Assembly (NCBI GenBank): GCA_037446255.1
Contig: JBBIIY010000001.1
Span: 10,550 to 74,549, forward strand
From: Coprothermobacterota bacterium
Lineage (GTDB): Bacteria > Coprothermobacterota > HKB111
Length of the DNA: 64,000 nt
Direction of reading: 5' to 3'
This document shows positions 1-10,271 of the stretch, in pieces. Made by a program: the position numbers and the translations under genes. The notes beneath the pieces were generated by a model, which saw only the letters and a program-made list of their open reading frames with translations, was not told the origin of the DNA and did no database searches. How positions within the stretch are numbered: position 1 is the stretch's first letter; each line of letters opens with the position of its first letter.

Positions 1-66
1 TAATTTAGATATAATCATTATTTATTAACTATTAGCGAGTGTACCCATTTATCAGAAAATTTATCA

Positions 67-95
67 TTGCAAAATGCTTATATATATGTTAAAAT
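67..95 (+). promoter_or_regulatory. Putative sigma70-type promoter of gyrB (TTGCAA, 17-nt spacer, TAAAAT, with a TG at -15/-14)
   Basis: Read directly: ttgcaa (67-72), a 17-nt spacer, taaaat (90-95), and tgt immediately 5' of the -10. It lies about 45 nt upstream of the gyrB ATG. Confidence 0.4.
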
Positions 96-140
96 CTATT
101 ATAGTTTTTATTTTTTATTAACGGAGGATAAACTACTTTT

Positions 141-2033
141 ATGCTCGACACTTCGTATACCGCCAGCGACATTTTAGTGCTTGAAGGTTTGGAAGGAGTG
201 AGAAAACGACCAGCTATGTACATAGGTACAACCGGACCAGCTGGTCTAAATCATTTAATACTGGAAGTAATAGATAATTCCATAGATGAAGCCATGGCTG
301 GTTTTTGTAAAGAAATCAAGGTGTTCATTAATAAAGATAATACTGTGGAAGTTATTGATGATGGTAGAGGGATTCCGGTGGATATTCATCAACAGTTGGG
401 TATATCTGCATTGGAAGTGGTTATGACCAAACTGCACGCTGGGGGAAAGTTTAATGGCAAGGTTTACCGGGTTTCTGGAGGTTTACATGGGGTGGGAGTA
501 TCGGTAGTAAATGCGCTTTCAGAGTGGCTAATTGTTGAAATAAAAAAAGATGGTCACATTTACCGACAAAGATACGAGAGAGGGGTACCGGTAACTCCTG
601 TAGAAACCGTGGATAACTCTCTTTTTCGGGGTACAAAGATAAGGTTTAAACCAGACCCTTTAATATTTGAAAAAACCGAATTTGATTATAACCTCGTCAG
701 AGATAGAGTAGAAGAGCTGGCTTATCTTAACAAGGGGCTGATGATTACTCTGGAGGATAGAAGAGTAAAAAAAGAGGAAACATTTCTTTTTGAAGGGGGT
801 ATTAGCTCTTTTATCACCACCCTGATAGGTGATGGTAATCAGTCAATACAGGAAGAACCTTTGTTTATACAGAAACAGGAAGATGGGGTTATTATAGAAT
901 CAGCTTTAATATATACAGAAAATACCGAAGGAAGGATACTCAGTTTTGCTAACTCCATCAATACTCAAGAGGGAGGAACGCACCTTATAGGGTTTAGAGG
1001 GGGACTTTTAAAAGCTATTATCTCTTACGCTAAGACTCATAAAATAGTCACCGAGGAGCCGATTTCTTCTGAAGATGTCAGAGAAGGGTTATACGCGGTA
1101 ATATCTATTCGTTTACCAGAACCTGAATTTGAAGGGCAAACTAAAACTAAACTTGGCAATGTAAAAATACGGGGGATTGTAGAAAAAATCATTTACGAGG
1201 ATGTGCTTACCTATTTTGAGAGAAACCCCGAGTCAGCCCGAAAAATAATAGACCGAGTTCTGCTTTCTTTCAAATCCCGCGACGCAGCCAAAAAAGCCCG
1301 GGAGCTTACCAGGAAAAAGATTCAACTGGAATCGAGCCAATTACCCGGAAAACTGGCTGAATGCAGCGAGAAAGACCCCAAACTCCGAGAAATATTTATT
1401 GTGGAAGGAGAGTCAGCAGGTGGTTCTGCGAAGCAAGCCAGAGACAGGCTGTTCCAGGCAATTTTACCCCTTAAAGGAAAAATCCTTAATGTGGAAAAAA
1501 CTAACCTAAACAAGGTTATAGATAACAGTGAGATTCAATCAATCATAGGGTCGTTGGGTGTGGGTATGGGAGAAAAGTTAAACCTTAATAGTTTACGATA
1601 CCACAAGGTAGTTATAATGACCGATGCCGATGTTGATGGATCTCACATCCGAACCCTTATACTGACACTATTTTATCGCTATTTCCGTGAACTTATTGAT
1701 GCTGGTTATATTTATATTGCTCAGCCACCTTTATACAAGACCCTAAGAGGTAAACAGGTTAATTATTTTTATAGCGATGCTGAGTTGGCTGAATATTCTG
1801 ATAAATACGATGGACACTTAGAAATACAGAGATTCAAAGGTCTGGGAGAAATGAGTGCAGATGAATTATGGGTAACCACCATGGATCCCGAAAAAAGAAA
1901 TTTGTTGAAAGTAATAATTGAGGATGCTGAAAGAGCTGCAGAAATATTAAGTATCTGTATGGGTGAAAAGGTGGAGCCAAGGAGGGATTTTATTGAAAAA
2001 AACGCCTTCCGGGTTAGAAATCTTGATGTATAA
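141..2033 (+). CDS. gyrB: DNA gyrase subunit B
   Basis: 630-aa ORF with GHKL ATPase and TOPRIM motifs ([53 protein letters not shown]). A GGAGG ribosome-binding site sits upstream. Confidence 0.95.
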   Translation: MLDTSYTASDILVLEGLEGVRKRPAMYIGTTGPAGLNHLILEVIDNSIDEAMAGFCKEIKVFINKDNTVEVIDDGRGIPVDIHQQLGISALEVVMTKLHAGGKFNGKVYRVSGGLHGVGVSVVNALSEWLIVEIKKDGHIYRQRYERGVPVTPVETVDNSLFRGTKIRFKPDPLIFEKTEFDYNLVRDRVEELAYLNKGLMITLEDRRVKKEETFLFEGGISSFITTLIGDGNQSIQEEPLFIQKQEDGVIIESALIYTENTEGRILSFANSINTQEGGTHLIGFRGGLLKAIISYAKTHKIVTEEPISSEDVREGLYAVISIRLPEPEFEGQTKTKLGNVKIRGIVEKIIYEDVLTYFERNPESARKIIDRVLLSFKSRDAAKKARELTRKKIQLESSQLPGKLAECSEKDPKLREIFIVEGESAGGSAKQARDRLFQAILPLKGKILNVEKTNLNKVIDNSEIQSIIGSLGVGMGEKLNLNSLRYHKVVIMTDADVDGSHIRTLILTLFYRYFRELIDAGYIYIAQPPLYKTLRGKQVNYFYSDAELAEYSDKYDGHLEIQRFKGLGEMSADELWVTTMDPEKRNLLKVIIEDAERAAEILSICMGEKVEPRRDFIEKNAFRVRNLDV

Positions 2034-2044
2034 GGGAGAATAAA

Positions 2045-4453
2045 ATGGCTAAAAATTTTCTTGACATTTCTTTAGAACAAGAAGTAGAGGCATCTTATCT
2101 TGATTACGCCATGAGTGTTATTGTAGGTAGAGCTATACCTGATGTTCGCGATGGCTTAAAGCCCGTGCAGAGAAGAATACTTCATGCTATGAATGACCTT
2201 CGAAACGACCCTGACAAGCCTTACAAAAAAAGCGCCCGTATAGTTGGAGAAGTATTAGGTAAATACCACCCTCATGGTGATACAGCAGTTTATGATTCTC
2301 TGACCAGAATGGCACAACCCTTTTCTTATAGACAACCTTTAATTGATGGGCACGGAAACTTTGGCTCTATTGATGGAGATACCCCTGCAGCTATGAGATA
2401 TACCGAAGTGCGTATGTCCTGGGCAACTATGGAATTGCTGAAAGATTTAGATTATGATACCGTTGAATTTGTTCCTAACTTTGATGGAACTTTGAAAGAA
2501 CCTATAGTTTTACCGAACAGGTTACCCAATTTGCTGATTAATGGAGCTTCCGGGATAGCTGTAGGTATGGCCACCTCCATTCCCCCTCACAATCTTGGTG
2601 AAGTGATTAACGCTTGCCTGGCTCTACTGGATAACGATGACCTATCCATAGACGAGTTGATGAACTTTATTAAAGGACCTGATTTTCCTACCGGGGGTAT
2701 AGTGCTTGATAGAAATAAAATACTGGAATCTTATAAATCGGGTCGTGGGGTTTTAACGGTACGAGGCAAAGTAACTGAAGAAAATAATAAAGATAAAACG
2801 AGTTTAATAATTAATGAAATACCATATATGGTCAATAAATCTCAACTGGTGGTAAAAATTGCTGACCTTATTAAAGAGAAAAAGTTAAGTGGAGCCACCG
2901 AGGTAAGAGATGAGTCTGACAAAAGAGGAATCCGGGTGGTAGTTGAACATAAAAAAGATGTTAATAAAGAACTTCTAACCAGGCAACTTTATAAATATAC
3001 CCAGCTACAAACCTCATTTAGCATAAATTTATTGGCAATAGTGCATGTAGCTCCCAGATTACTCAACATCAAAGATTTGCTAATATACTTTTTGAACCAT
3101 AGAAATGAAGTTGTCACCAGAAGGTCTCAATTTGAATTAAAAAAACTCAATCTTAAAAAGCACCTTTTAGATGGAGTTTTGATTGCTTTGAGTAATCTGG
3201 ACGAGGTTATTGAGATGATTAAGAGCTCATCTACACCTGAAGAAGCCAGAAATCGGCTTATAAATAGATTTACTCTCACGAGAGAACAAGCTGAAGCAAT
3301 TCTGGATATTAAACTGGAAAGATTAACTCGCCTGGAGAGCGATAAATTAATAAATGAAATTAAAGAAATAGAGGGAAGGATTGATTATCTTACCCAACTC
3401 CTATCTAACCCGGAGATGGTGAAAGATGAGATAAGAAAAGAACTTATAGAGCTTGATAAAAAATTTACCACTCCCAGACTGACAATGATACAAAATTACA
3501 GCGAAGATGTCCAGGACCTTGATTTAATACCTGACGAACCGGTAATTATTTACCTGACTGAAAATGGTTATTTAAAAGAATTACTGTTATCCAATCGCCC
3601 AAGTTTATCTCTGGGAAACGCTGAAGAAGATATGATCGAGGGTAAATATATCCTGGGAACAATGAAATCGCCAGTTTTCTTGTTTACCAATAAGGGAAAA
3701 GGATATAAGTTTTTCCCCTATAATCTACCCGATGCAGTCAAAGGGAATAGAGGGTTGAATTTGCAGGGATTGTTGGAATTAGATGTTGATGAAAAAATAG
3801 TAGCTTTAGCTAAAGCCTCCAGTCAAAAAGTATTGTTTATGACTTTAAAAGGAAGACTAAAAGCAGTGAAATCATCCTCCTTAAATAGTTTAAGCAAGAG
3901 AGGAACCAGGATTATGACAATACTACCTGGAGATGAATTTGTGTATTCCCGGGAAATAAATGATATTGATGAAGTGATTATATGTTCAGTTGAAGGTAGA
4001 GCCAACCGCTTCCCGGCTACCAAGGTACCGGTCAAGGGATTGAAAGCTCAGGGTATTTTGGGGATGAGAACTGAGAAAATAATAGGAATGACGGTCTTAA
4101 AACCTGAAGAGTACATACTCACCCTAACCGATAAAGGTTATATGAAATTAGTAGATAGAGAAGGTATACCCAGCCGAGGAGTACGGAGTAAAGGGTTAAT
4201 GCTTCAGAAACCATCAAGCAGGACTGGAGTATTGATAGGAGTTTATGGAATACTTAAAAGTGGCCTGGATTTTAACCTTTATACCGAGAGTGGTAAATGC
4301 GTTAAATCTAACACCAATATGTTTAAACTTCTAAAAAGAACCCATAAAGGGACCAAGCCCGGTAGCGATAAAATAAAGATTTCTGCGGTTTCTTATATAG
4401 TTCTTAAAAAGTGGAAATGGCTTTTAGATACCTTGAACATACTGCCGACATAG
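2045..4453 (+). CDS. gyrA: DNA gyrase subunit A
   Basis: 802-aa ORF with N-terminal [26 protein letters not shown] and the active-site region. It is adjacent to gyrB. Confidence 0.95.
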   Translation: MAKNFLDISLEQEVEASYLDYAMSVIVGRAIPDVRDGLKPVQRRILHAMNDLRNDPDKPYKKSARIVGEVLGKYHPHGDTAVYDSLTRMAQPFSYRQPLIDGHGNFGSIDGDTPAAMRYTEVRMSWATMELLKDLDYDTVEFVPNFDGTLKEPIVLPNRLPNLLINGASGIAVGMATSIPPHNLGEVINACLALLDNDDLSIDELMNFIKGPDFPTGGIVLDRNKILESYKSGRGVLTVRGKVTEENNKDKTSLIINEIPYMVNKSQLVVKIADLIKEKKLSGATEVRDESDKRGIRVVVEHKKDVNKELLTRQLYKYTQLQTSFSINLLAIVHVAPRLLNIKDLLIYFLNHRNEVVTRRSQFELKKLNLKKHLLDGVLIALSNLDEVIEMIKSSSTPEEARNRLINRFTLTREQAEAILDIKLERLTRLESDKLINEIKEIEGRIDYLTQLLSNPEMVKDEIRKELIELDKKFTTPRLTMIQNYSEDVQDLDLIPDEPVIIYLTENGYLKELLLSNRPSLSLGNAEEDMIEGKYILGTMKSPVFLFTNKGKGYKFFPYNLPDAVKGNRGLNLQGLLELDVDEKIVALAKASSQKVLFMTLKGRLKAVKSSSLNSLSKRGTRIMTILPGDEFVYSREINDIDEVIICSVEGRANRFPATKVPVKGLKAQGILGMRTEKIIGMTVLKPEEYILTLTDKGYMKLVDREGIPSRGVRSKGLMLQKPSSRTGVLIGVYGILKSGLDFNLYTESGKCVKSNTNMFKLLKRTHKGTKPGSDKIKISAVSYIVLKKWKWLLDTLNILPT

Positions 4454-4824
4454 GAATAGCCGCCTGGGGTGAAAGTAAAGAACAGGCTATTGAAGAGATA
4501 TGCCTGGCCTTTTCCAGCTTTATATATGATACCGATAAAGTTGAATCTTCGGAATTCAGGGAAATAATGGTAGATTCCAGGACCAATGCAGGTAAAATAG
4601 TGGACCTGTTAAGTAAAATATTGTATTTAATTGATGGTGAGAATTTTCTCATCGGGGAAGTGAAAGTAGATAGTTTTAAACCGCTAATAGTGATAGTCGG
4701 GGGAGAACTACTGAACCCATTACGGCATAAAATGAAAAGTATAGTAAAAGCAGTTACTCACTATAAAGCTTATTTTGGGAAAAAAGGGAATACCTATTTG
4801 GCAAGAGTATATCTTGATGTTTAG
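4411..4824 (+). CDS. Archease (RtcB activator and chaperone)
   Basis: 137 aa with N-terminal [11 protein letters not shown], the archease signature. It sits immediately upstream of rtcB and overlaps the gyrA 3' end by 43 nt. An alternative ATG lies at 4417. Confidence 0.8.
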   Translation: MEMAFRYLEHTADIGIAAWGESKEQAIEEICLAFSSFIYDTDKVESSEFREIMVDSRTNAGKIVDLLSKILYLIDGENFLIGEVKVDSFKPLIVIVGGELLNPLRHKMKSIVKAVTHYKAYFGKKGNTYLARVYLDV

Positions 4825-4834
4825 GAGGTGAAAC

Positions 4835-6289
4835 ATGGGTAGGTGGAAAGGTCCATCCAGACGGATTGATGATTACAGAATCATAATACCCCCCGAATAT
4901 AAACCGGGTATGAAAGTACCGGGGATTATATATGTTGATGAAGGATTATGGGAAACAATCATGGAAGAAGAAGCTCCTGAACAGGTAGCTAATGTAGCCA
5001 CTCTTCCAGGATTATTGAAATATTCTTTAGCGATGCCTGATATACACTGGGGCTATGGCTTCCCTATCGGTGGTGTGGCAGCTTTTGAAACTGCCGATGG
5101 TATCATCAACCCGGGTGGCATTGGGTATGATATAAACTGTGGTGTTCGTTTACTGAGAACAGACCTTACCCTTAATGAGGTAAAAAACAAAATTGAATTA
5201 TTACTGGAGACCATTTTCAGAAATGTTCCTTCTGGTCTTGGTTCCAAGGGAAAAGTGAAGATAAGTCAAAATGAACTTGATTCAGTTCTAATCAAAGGCG
5301 CCCGCTTTGCCGTGGAGAGAGGTTATGGATGTAAAGAAGACCTGGTTTTCACCGAAGAGAATGGTGAAATGAAGGGAACTGACCCGCAGGCAGTTAGTAT
5401 GGAGGCTAAAAAAAGGGGTTTCCCCCAGCTTGGATCACTTGGTTCGGGTAACCATTTTCTCGAAATTCAGTATGTTGACACCATTTATGATGAAAAAACA
5501 GCTAATGCTTTTGGTTTGAAAGAAGGTCAAATAACCTTTCTTATACACAGTGGTTCTCGCGGATTAGGCCACCAGGTGGCTACCGATTACATTAAGATTA
5601 TAGAAAGAGCTTCCCAAAAATACCAGATTAAGTTAGTTGATAGGCAGTTAGCCTGCGCTCCCCTTAATTCCGATGAAGGAAAAAAATACTTTTCCGCTAT
5701 GGCAGGAGCTGCTAACTATGCCTGGGCAAACCGTCAGATGATAACTCACTGGGTTAGAGAATCTTTTGAAGAGGTATTCAAATCCTCCTGGGAAAAACTT
5801 GGACTGAAACAGGTATATGATGTTGCCCATAATATAGCTAAGATTGAAAAACATACCGTTGATGGGGTAGAAAAAGAACTCATAGTTCATAGAAAAGGAG
5901 CTACCCGGGCATTCCCTGCAGGAAGACCTGAAATCCCCCATTCTTATAAAGATGTAGGCCAACCAGTTCTTATTCCTGGTGATATGGGAAGATATTCCTA
6001 TGTACTGGTAGGAACCCAGAAAGGTATGGAAGAAACCTGGGGTTCAACCTGTCATGGTGCAGGTAGAGTTATGTCCCGTACTGCTGCCAAGAAAGGATTC
6101 AATGTACAAGAATTGATAGAATCTTTGAAAAAGAAGGGCATTCTGATAAAAGCTGAAAGCAGAGGAACCCTGGTTGAAGAAGCTCCAGAAGCCTATAAAG
6201 ATGTGAATGAAGTGGTAAATGTGGTCCATGGAGCAGGCATATCCCGAAAAGTATGTAGGATGAAACCCTTAGGGGTTACCAAAGGCTAA
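4835..6289 (+). CDS. rtcB: RNA-splicing ligase RtcB (3'-phosphate / 5'-OH RNA ligase)
   Basis: 484 aa with DIHWGYGFPIGGV, GYDINCGVR and SGSRGLGHQ motifs typical of RtcB. A strong ribosome-binding site (aggaggtgaaacATG) precedes it. Confidence 0.9.
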   Translation: MGRWKGPSRRIDDYRIIIPPEYKPGMKVPGIIYVDEGLWETIMEEEAPEQVANVATLPGLLKYSLAMPDIHWGYGFPIGGVAAFETADGIINPGGIGYDINCGVRLLRTDLTLNEVKNKIELLLETIFRNVPSGLGSKGKVKISQNELDSVLIKGARFAVERGYGCKEDLVFTEENGEMKGTDPQAVSMEAKKRGFPQLGSLGSGNHFLEIQYVDTIYDEKTANAFGLKEGQITFLIHSGSRGLGHQVATDYIKIIERASQKYQIKLVDRQLACAPLNSDEGKKYFSAMAGAANYAWANRQMITHWVRESFEEVFKSSWEKLGLKQVYDVAHNIAKIEKHTVDGVEKELIVHRKGATRAFPAGRPEIPHSYKDVGQPVLIPGDMGRYSYVLVGTQKGMEETWGSTCHGAGRVMSRTAAKKGFNVQELIESLKKKGILIKAESRGTLVEEAPEAYKDVNEVVNVVHGAGISRKVCRMKPLGVTKG

Positions 6290-6353
6290 AAGGACTATAT
6301 TAAATGAGAAAATTAAATGGGTTCATGAATAATATAAAGGTAGGTGACTTACC

Positions 6354-7562
6354 ATGGGAGAAATAACTATTGAGTTTTTGAAAGCTAATCCTGTAGCTGA
6401 GCAGGATGTAGAATTAGTAGAAAGAAAAGGCATGGGCCATCCCGACCATATAGTTGATGCTATAATGGATAGAATATCACAACGCTTATCCCAATATTAC
6501 CGATTGAGGTTTGGTAAAGTATTGCATCATAACATAGATAAAGCCCTGTTAGTAGCTGGAGGCGCAGAGACCAGGTTCGGAGGTGGGGAAGTAACTTCAC
6601 CTATGTTGTTTGTTTTTGGTGATAGGGCAACCACGGAATATGCAGGGGAAAAAATACCCGTAACAGAATTTGCCATTGATTCTGCTAAAAAGTGGTTCAA
6701 GGAAGAGCTCAGGTTTGTTGACCCTGACAGTCATGTAAAGTACCAGGTAGAGATAAAACCAGCATCTATTGAACTATCTTCGATATTTGATAGCTCCGCT
6801 AAAATACTGGAAGCAAATGATACTTCAGCAGCAGTTGGCTATGCTCCCTTATCTCCTACGGAAAAACTCGTGTTAGAGACAGAAAGGTTTTTAAATTCCA
6901 GGCAGTTTAAGGTAGAACATCCTGAAGTTGGTGAAGATATTAAGGTAATGGGTTTCCGGAACAAAAACCAATTATCTCTTACCGTAGCTATTGCTTTTGT
7001 GGATAGATTTATTGCCTCAGAAGATGAATATTTTTATAAAAAGGAAAAAATTGCTTCCCTGCTTCAAGATAAGTTCTGTTCATCTTTAGATTTTAAAAAC
7101 ATCCGTTTTGATATTAACACACTTGATAGAAGAGGTCTGAACCTGTCCGGCGTGTATACTTCGGTTACCGGTACTTCCGCAGAAAATGGCGATTCCGGTC
7201 AGGTAGGAAGGGGTAACAGGGTCAATGGATTAATTGCTCTTAATAGACCGATGGGTACCGAGGCAGCAGCGGGTAAGAACCCTGTCTCTCATGTCGGAAA
7301 AATTTACAATTTCCTTAGCCATGAGATAGCTGAAAATATCGTTAATGAGGTTCAGGGCATAAAAGAGGTCTATGTCTGGCTCTGTAGTCAGATTGGCAAA
7401 CCGGTTGACCAGCCCATGATTACCGCAGTTCAGATTATTCCCCAATCGGGTTTTGATAGTGAGAAGGTTAGAAAGTTAGCCCAAGAAACAGCTCAAAAAG
7501 GCCTGGACAATATCCCAGCTTTAATAGAAGAACTTATTGAGGGAAAGCGCTCGGTCTGTTAA
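6354..7562 (+). CDS. mat: Archaeal-type S-adenosylmethionine synthetase (MAT, MetK2-like)
   Basis: 402 aa. The N-terminus VERKGMGHPDHIVDAIMDRISQ...FGKVLHHNIDKALLVAGG matches the archaeal AdoMet synthetase family, not bacterial MetK. Confidence 0.85.
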   Translation: MGEITIEFLKANPVAEQDVELVERKGMGHPDHIVDAIMDRISQRLSQYYRLRFGKVLHHNIDKALLVAGGAETRFGGGEVTSPMLFVFGDRATTEYAGEKIPVTEFAIDSAKKWFKEELRFVDPDSHVKYQVEIKPASIELSSIFDSSAKILEANDTSAAVGYAPLSPTEKLVLETERFLNSRQFKVEHPEVGEDIKVMGFRNKNQLSLTVAIAFVDRFIASEDEYFYKKEKIASLLQDKFCSSLDFKNIRFDINTLDRRGLNLSGVYTSVTGTSAENGDSGQVGRGNRVNGLIALNRPMGTEAAAGKNPVSHVGKIYNFLSHEIAENIVNEVQGIKEVYVWLCSQIGKPVDQPMITAVQIIPQSGFDSEKVRKLAQETAQKGLDNIPALIEELIEGKRSVC

Positions 7563-7565
7563 AGT

Positions 7566-8765
7566 TTATAAATTTCTCATAAGGTTATAAAAAACTTTTA
7601 TCTCATTTAAAAGGTTAGAAACCTGTGAATTTTCATTTGCCTGATGGGCTGTGTGATTGGTAATTGCCCAAACAGCAACCTCTAAACCGGCTTTTCTGAG
7701 TAGGGCGGCACAAGTTCCCCCACCAATACCACCAACTTTTAAACCCTCCGGGTTTAGAGATTTAGCAATAGAGTTTATAAGTTTCCTGACAATCGGTGAC
7801 TCAGGGTCAGTAGGTGGAGGGGCTTCTTCCATTTGTACAGTAGAGATGTTTATCTCCGCACCATTTTCCAGGGTGAAGTTCCTGGCAAAACTATCTATGA
7901 AGCTTAAAACTTCGGTCAGGTTATATTCGGGTAAAACCCGGCAGTCAAAATAGGTAACATCCTTACCAGGGATAGTATTTATATTATCAACATTATTATC
8001 TTTTCTCGTTGGCTCAAAAGTGCTGGTAGAAGGTTCAAACAGGTAATTGGTTAGAGAAAAGGTCGCTTCTAAAGCCCGATATAGTTTCAAATTAAACTCC
8101 ATTCCCTTAAGGTGGGCATTGATTCCTTCCTGAGGTCTGGAAGCGTGTGCTTGCTTACCCAATACCTCAACTTTAAACCAAAGGATACCTTTTTCCGCTA
8201 CCTCTACGAAGTTTCCTTCGGGGGTTCCATAGTCAGGTACGATTATTAAGTCTTGAGGTTTAAATAAACCCTGCTTAACCAGATACTGGATACCAAAAGC
8301 ACTTCCAGTCTCTTCATCAGATACGCACACCAGAGATATATTGATTTCAGGTTTTACGTCCTCATCATAAATCTGTTTCATGGCAAAGATTGTAGATACC
8401 ATGGCTTGAAGATTATCTTCAGCACCCCTGCCATACACCCGGCCGTTTAGAAGCTTGGCAGAAAAAGGGTCGGTATCCCATAGCGATAAATCTCCCTCAG
8501 GGACAGTATCCAAGTGGCATATAATAAACAACGAATGGGTAGGGTCCTTGCCCTTTAAGGTAGCTGTGAAATTTGGTCGGGTTAAATTCAATTCAGAGTC
8601 AATAGCATTGTAATTGGTTATAGATATTTTGGGCATCATTTTCAAAAGCTCATCTTGTAAAAACTGAGCCCTTTTTAATTCTCCCTCTGAGCCCTGTTTA
8701 GAACGGGGATTTACTGCCTGTAGGTTTATTAACCTGCTCATAAGCTCAATAGCCTGCTGTTCCAT
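7566..8765 (-). CDS. M20 family metallopeptidase (ArgE/DapE-like deacylase)
   Basis: 399 aa with HLDTVP and GRGAEDNLQAMV motifs of the M20 / acetylornithine deacetylase / succinyl-DAP desuccinylase family. Confidence 0.7.
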   Translation of the reverse strand: MEQQAIELMSRLINLQAVNPRSKQGSEGELKRAQFLQDELLKMMPKISITNYNAIDSELNLTRPNFTATLKGKDPTHSLFIICHLDTVPEGDLSLWDTDPFSAKLLNGRVYGRGAEDNLQAMVSTIFAMKQIYDEDVKPEINISLVCVSDEETGSAFGIQYLVKQGLFKPQDLIIVPDYGTPEGNFVEVAEKGILWFKVEVLGKQAHASRPQEGINAHLKGMEFNLKLYRALEATFSLTNYLFEPSTSTFEPTRKDNNVDNINTIPGKDVTYFDCRVLPEYNLTEVLSFIDSFARNFTLENGAEINISTVQMEEAPPPTDPESPIVRKLINSIAKSLNPEGLKVGGIGGGTCAALLRKAGLEVAVWAITNHTAHQANENSQVSNLLNEIKVFYNLMRNL

Positions 8766-8856
8766 ATATTTATATCCTCCAGTTTTAAGATATTAATTTT
8801 AAGTTTTAGGGTATATTTATGTATCAAGTATAAAGTATAAAAGGAGTGTTTTATAA

Positions 8857-9519
8857 TTGTACATATTTTTATTGCCTTTGTTGCTGGTTTTTATAATTCT
8901 CCCACTATTATTTATTTTTTACTTAGTGCCTCTAAGTTATGCTTTTCAGTCAATTGTGGCTGTCTTTACCGTACCCAAACAGATTTACGAGTTGTATAAA
9001 AAACCATTACTGAGGAAGAATCACGCGATTGAACATGCTACTATCAGTGTTCTGGAAGAACATTTTGGTTCCAAGGGTGTTTTCTCCGGGTACGCCAGGG
9101 AAGATGGATTTATCATCCTGGGACCGGTAGATATTTTAACTCTGGAAGTAGCAGCCAGAAATGCTCTGGATAGGTTAAAAGCAGGGGAAAAAGAACTGGC
9201 AGTTCATTCTTCCTGTGGAACAGGCAAGGCAGTGGGAAGTTTTATCAGTGGGATAATAATACTGGGAATATTTCTTTTTGCTGGATACTTAAATATCTGG
9301 ACCATAATTTTATCTTTTTTAATTTCAGCTTTTGTTGGTCCCATAACCGGAGAGATAGTTCAGAAATTATTTACCACAATGCCAGAGGTTAAGGACATGT
9401 TTATCGGCAACATTGAAAATGATGTTGAAACCAGCAATATATTGTTTATCAGCAGAATGCCGGTGGTAACCAACAGACTTTTAGTTAAAACTCGCAAGTA
9501 CTACGAAATAGTATCCTGA
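8857..9519 (+). CDS. Hypothetical integral membrane protein
   Basis: 220 aa with hydrophobic N-terminal and central segments and a HAIEHATISVLEEH motif. No confident family assignment. Confidence 0.4.
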   Translation: MYIFLLPLLLVFIILPLLFIFYLVPLSYAFQSIVAVFTVPKQIYELYKKPLLRKNHAIEHATISVLEEHFGSKGVFSGYAREDGFIILGPVDILTLEVAARNALDRLKAGEKELAVHSSCGTGKAVGSFISGIIILGIFLFAGYLNIWTIILSFLISAFVGPITGEIVQKLFTTMPEVKDMFIGNIENDVETSNILFISRMPVVTNRLLVKTRKYYEIVS

Positions 9520-9644
9520 AAACATAGTGGAATATTACCTAACTTTAGCTGGATGATGGTTTATTCTACCAGCAATACTTATATAAAGCCTTTTACCTAT
9601 ATGTCTATTGAAGATGTGATAAAATTATTTGTTAAACATATCAT

Positions 9645-9722
9645 CGGGGCGTAGCGTAGTCTGGTTAGCGCGCGTGCTTTGGGAGCACGAGGTCGGCAGT
9701 TCAAATCTGCCCGCCCCGACCA
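9645..9722 (+). tRNA. tRNA-Pro (anticodon TGG)
   Basis: Cloverleaf read by eye. Acceptor cggggcg pairs with cgccccg. Anticodon stem cgtgc/gcacg with loop ttTGGga. T-loop ttcaaat. CCA 3' end. Confidence 0.9.
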
Positions 9723-9734
9723 TTTAGAATTTAA

Positions 9735-9810
9735 GCGCCCGTAGCTCAAAGGATAGAGCATCTGCCTTCTAAGCAGAGGGCTGGGAGTTCGAGTCTCTCC
9801 GGGCGCACCA
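9735..9810 (+). tRNA. tRNA-Arg (anticodon TCT)
   Basis: Acceptor gcgcccg pairs with cgggcgc. Anticodon stem tctgc/gcaga with loop ctTCTaa. T-loop ttcgagt. CCA end. Confidence 0.9.
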
Positions 9811-10106
9811 TTAATCTCAAAAGAATCAAATATATTCATCACCAGCCATCAGTTTTATATAGTCATTGCGAGATTTCTAAAAGAAGTCGTGGCATTCTCA
9901 TCATTCCCTTTTGCTAAACTAAATCCTTTCATAGCACTTCATATTTTCTATACCCTGGATATTTCATAATAGTAAAAGATTTGTATAAAATGTCAAAATA
10001 TTTTTTATAATAAATGTATTACTTCTTTTTCTCTAAAGAAAATACTATTTCTATAGTAATCTTTTTATGAAACGCCTAAGATAGCTGTTATCTAACCTCC
10101 TTTTAA

Positions 10107-10162
10107 ATAGATTTTTATGTGAGGCAATGAATCAGTTTCAGATAGATTTTTGATGAGGCAAT
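10107..10162 (+). repeat. Two tandem imperfect direct repeats (ATAGATTTTTATGTGAGGCAAT and ATAGATTTTTGATGAGGCAAT), 35 nt centre to centre
   Basis: Read directly at 10107-10128 and 10142-10162. The second copy ends 8 nt before the -35 box of the rimP promoter. Confidence 0.6.
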
Positions 10163-10170
10163 TCGCTACC

Positions 10171-10199
10171 TTGACAGTTCCACTGGTGTGTAATATAAT
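10171..10199 (+). promoter_or_regulatory. Perfect-consensus sigma70 promoter (TTGACA, 17 nt, TATAAT) for the rimP-nusA-infB operon
   Basis: ttgaca at 10171-10176, a 17-nt spacer, tataat at 10194-10199. It is about 70 nt upstream of the rimP ATG. Confidence 0.6.
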
Positions 10200-10225
10200 A
10201 TAAATAATTAAATAAAGATTTTAAT

Positions 10226-10245
10226 AGGAGTGGAAAACCACTCCT
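10226..10245 (+). promoter_or_regulatory. Leader stem-loop (8-bp perfect stem aggagtgg/ccactcct, loop aaaa) in the rimP 5'-UTR
   Basis: Inverted repeat read directly. It lies about 20-40 nt downstream of the predicted transcription start and is followed by an AT-rich tract before the rimP ribosome-binding site. Confidence 0.45.
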
Positions 10246-10271
10246 ATATCTTTATATATAAAAGGATTAAG

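Noticed and set aside
1-140. Possible DnaA boxes / oriC upstream of gyrB
   Set aside because: Only weak partial matches (ttatcagaa, ttatcattg) to TTATCCACA. There is no cluster of boxes or AT-rich unwinding element, and dnaA/dnaN are not in the window.
6290-6353. SAM riboswitch upstream of the archaeal-type MAT
   Set aside because: The intergenic region is only 64 nt and shows none of the SAM-I or SAM-II conserved helices.
7657-7953. Antisense ORFs inside large genes (for example 7657-7953, 12180-12374, 24999-25391, 36245-36484, 38593-38934, 55021-55278)
   Set aside because: They lie wholly within, and opposite to, confidently assigned conserved genes, and lack ribosome-binding sites.
9597-9842. 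81-aa minus-strand ORF spanning both tRNA genes
   Set aside because: It lies entirely antisense to tRNA-Pro and tRNA-Arg, has no ribosome-binding site, and its composition is driven by the tRNA sequences. Spurious.
10230-10271. ORF-track start of rimP at GTG 10230 (giving MENHSYIFIYKRIK...)
   Set aside because: The GTG directly overlaps the AGGAG and the leader hairpin with zero spacing. The ATG at 10272 has a properly spaced ribosome-binding site and yields the conserved RimP N-terminus.
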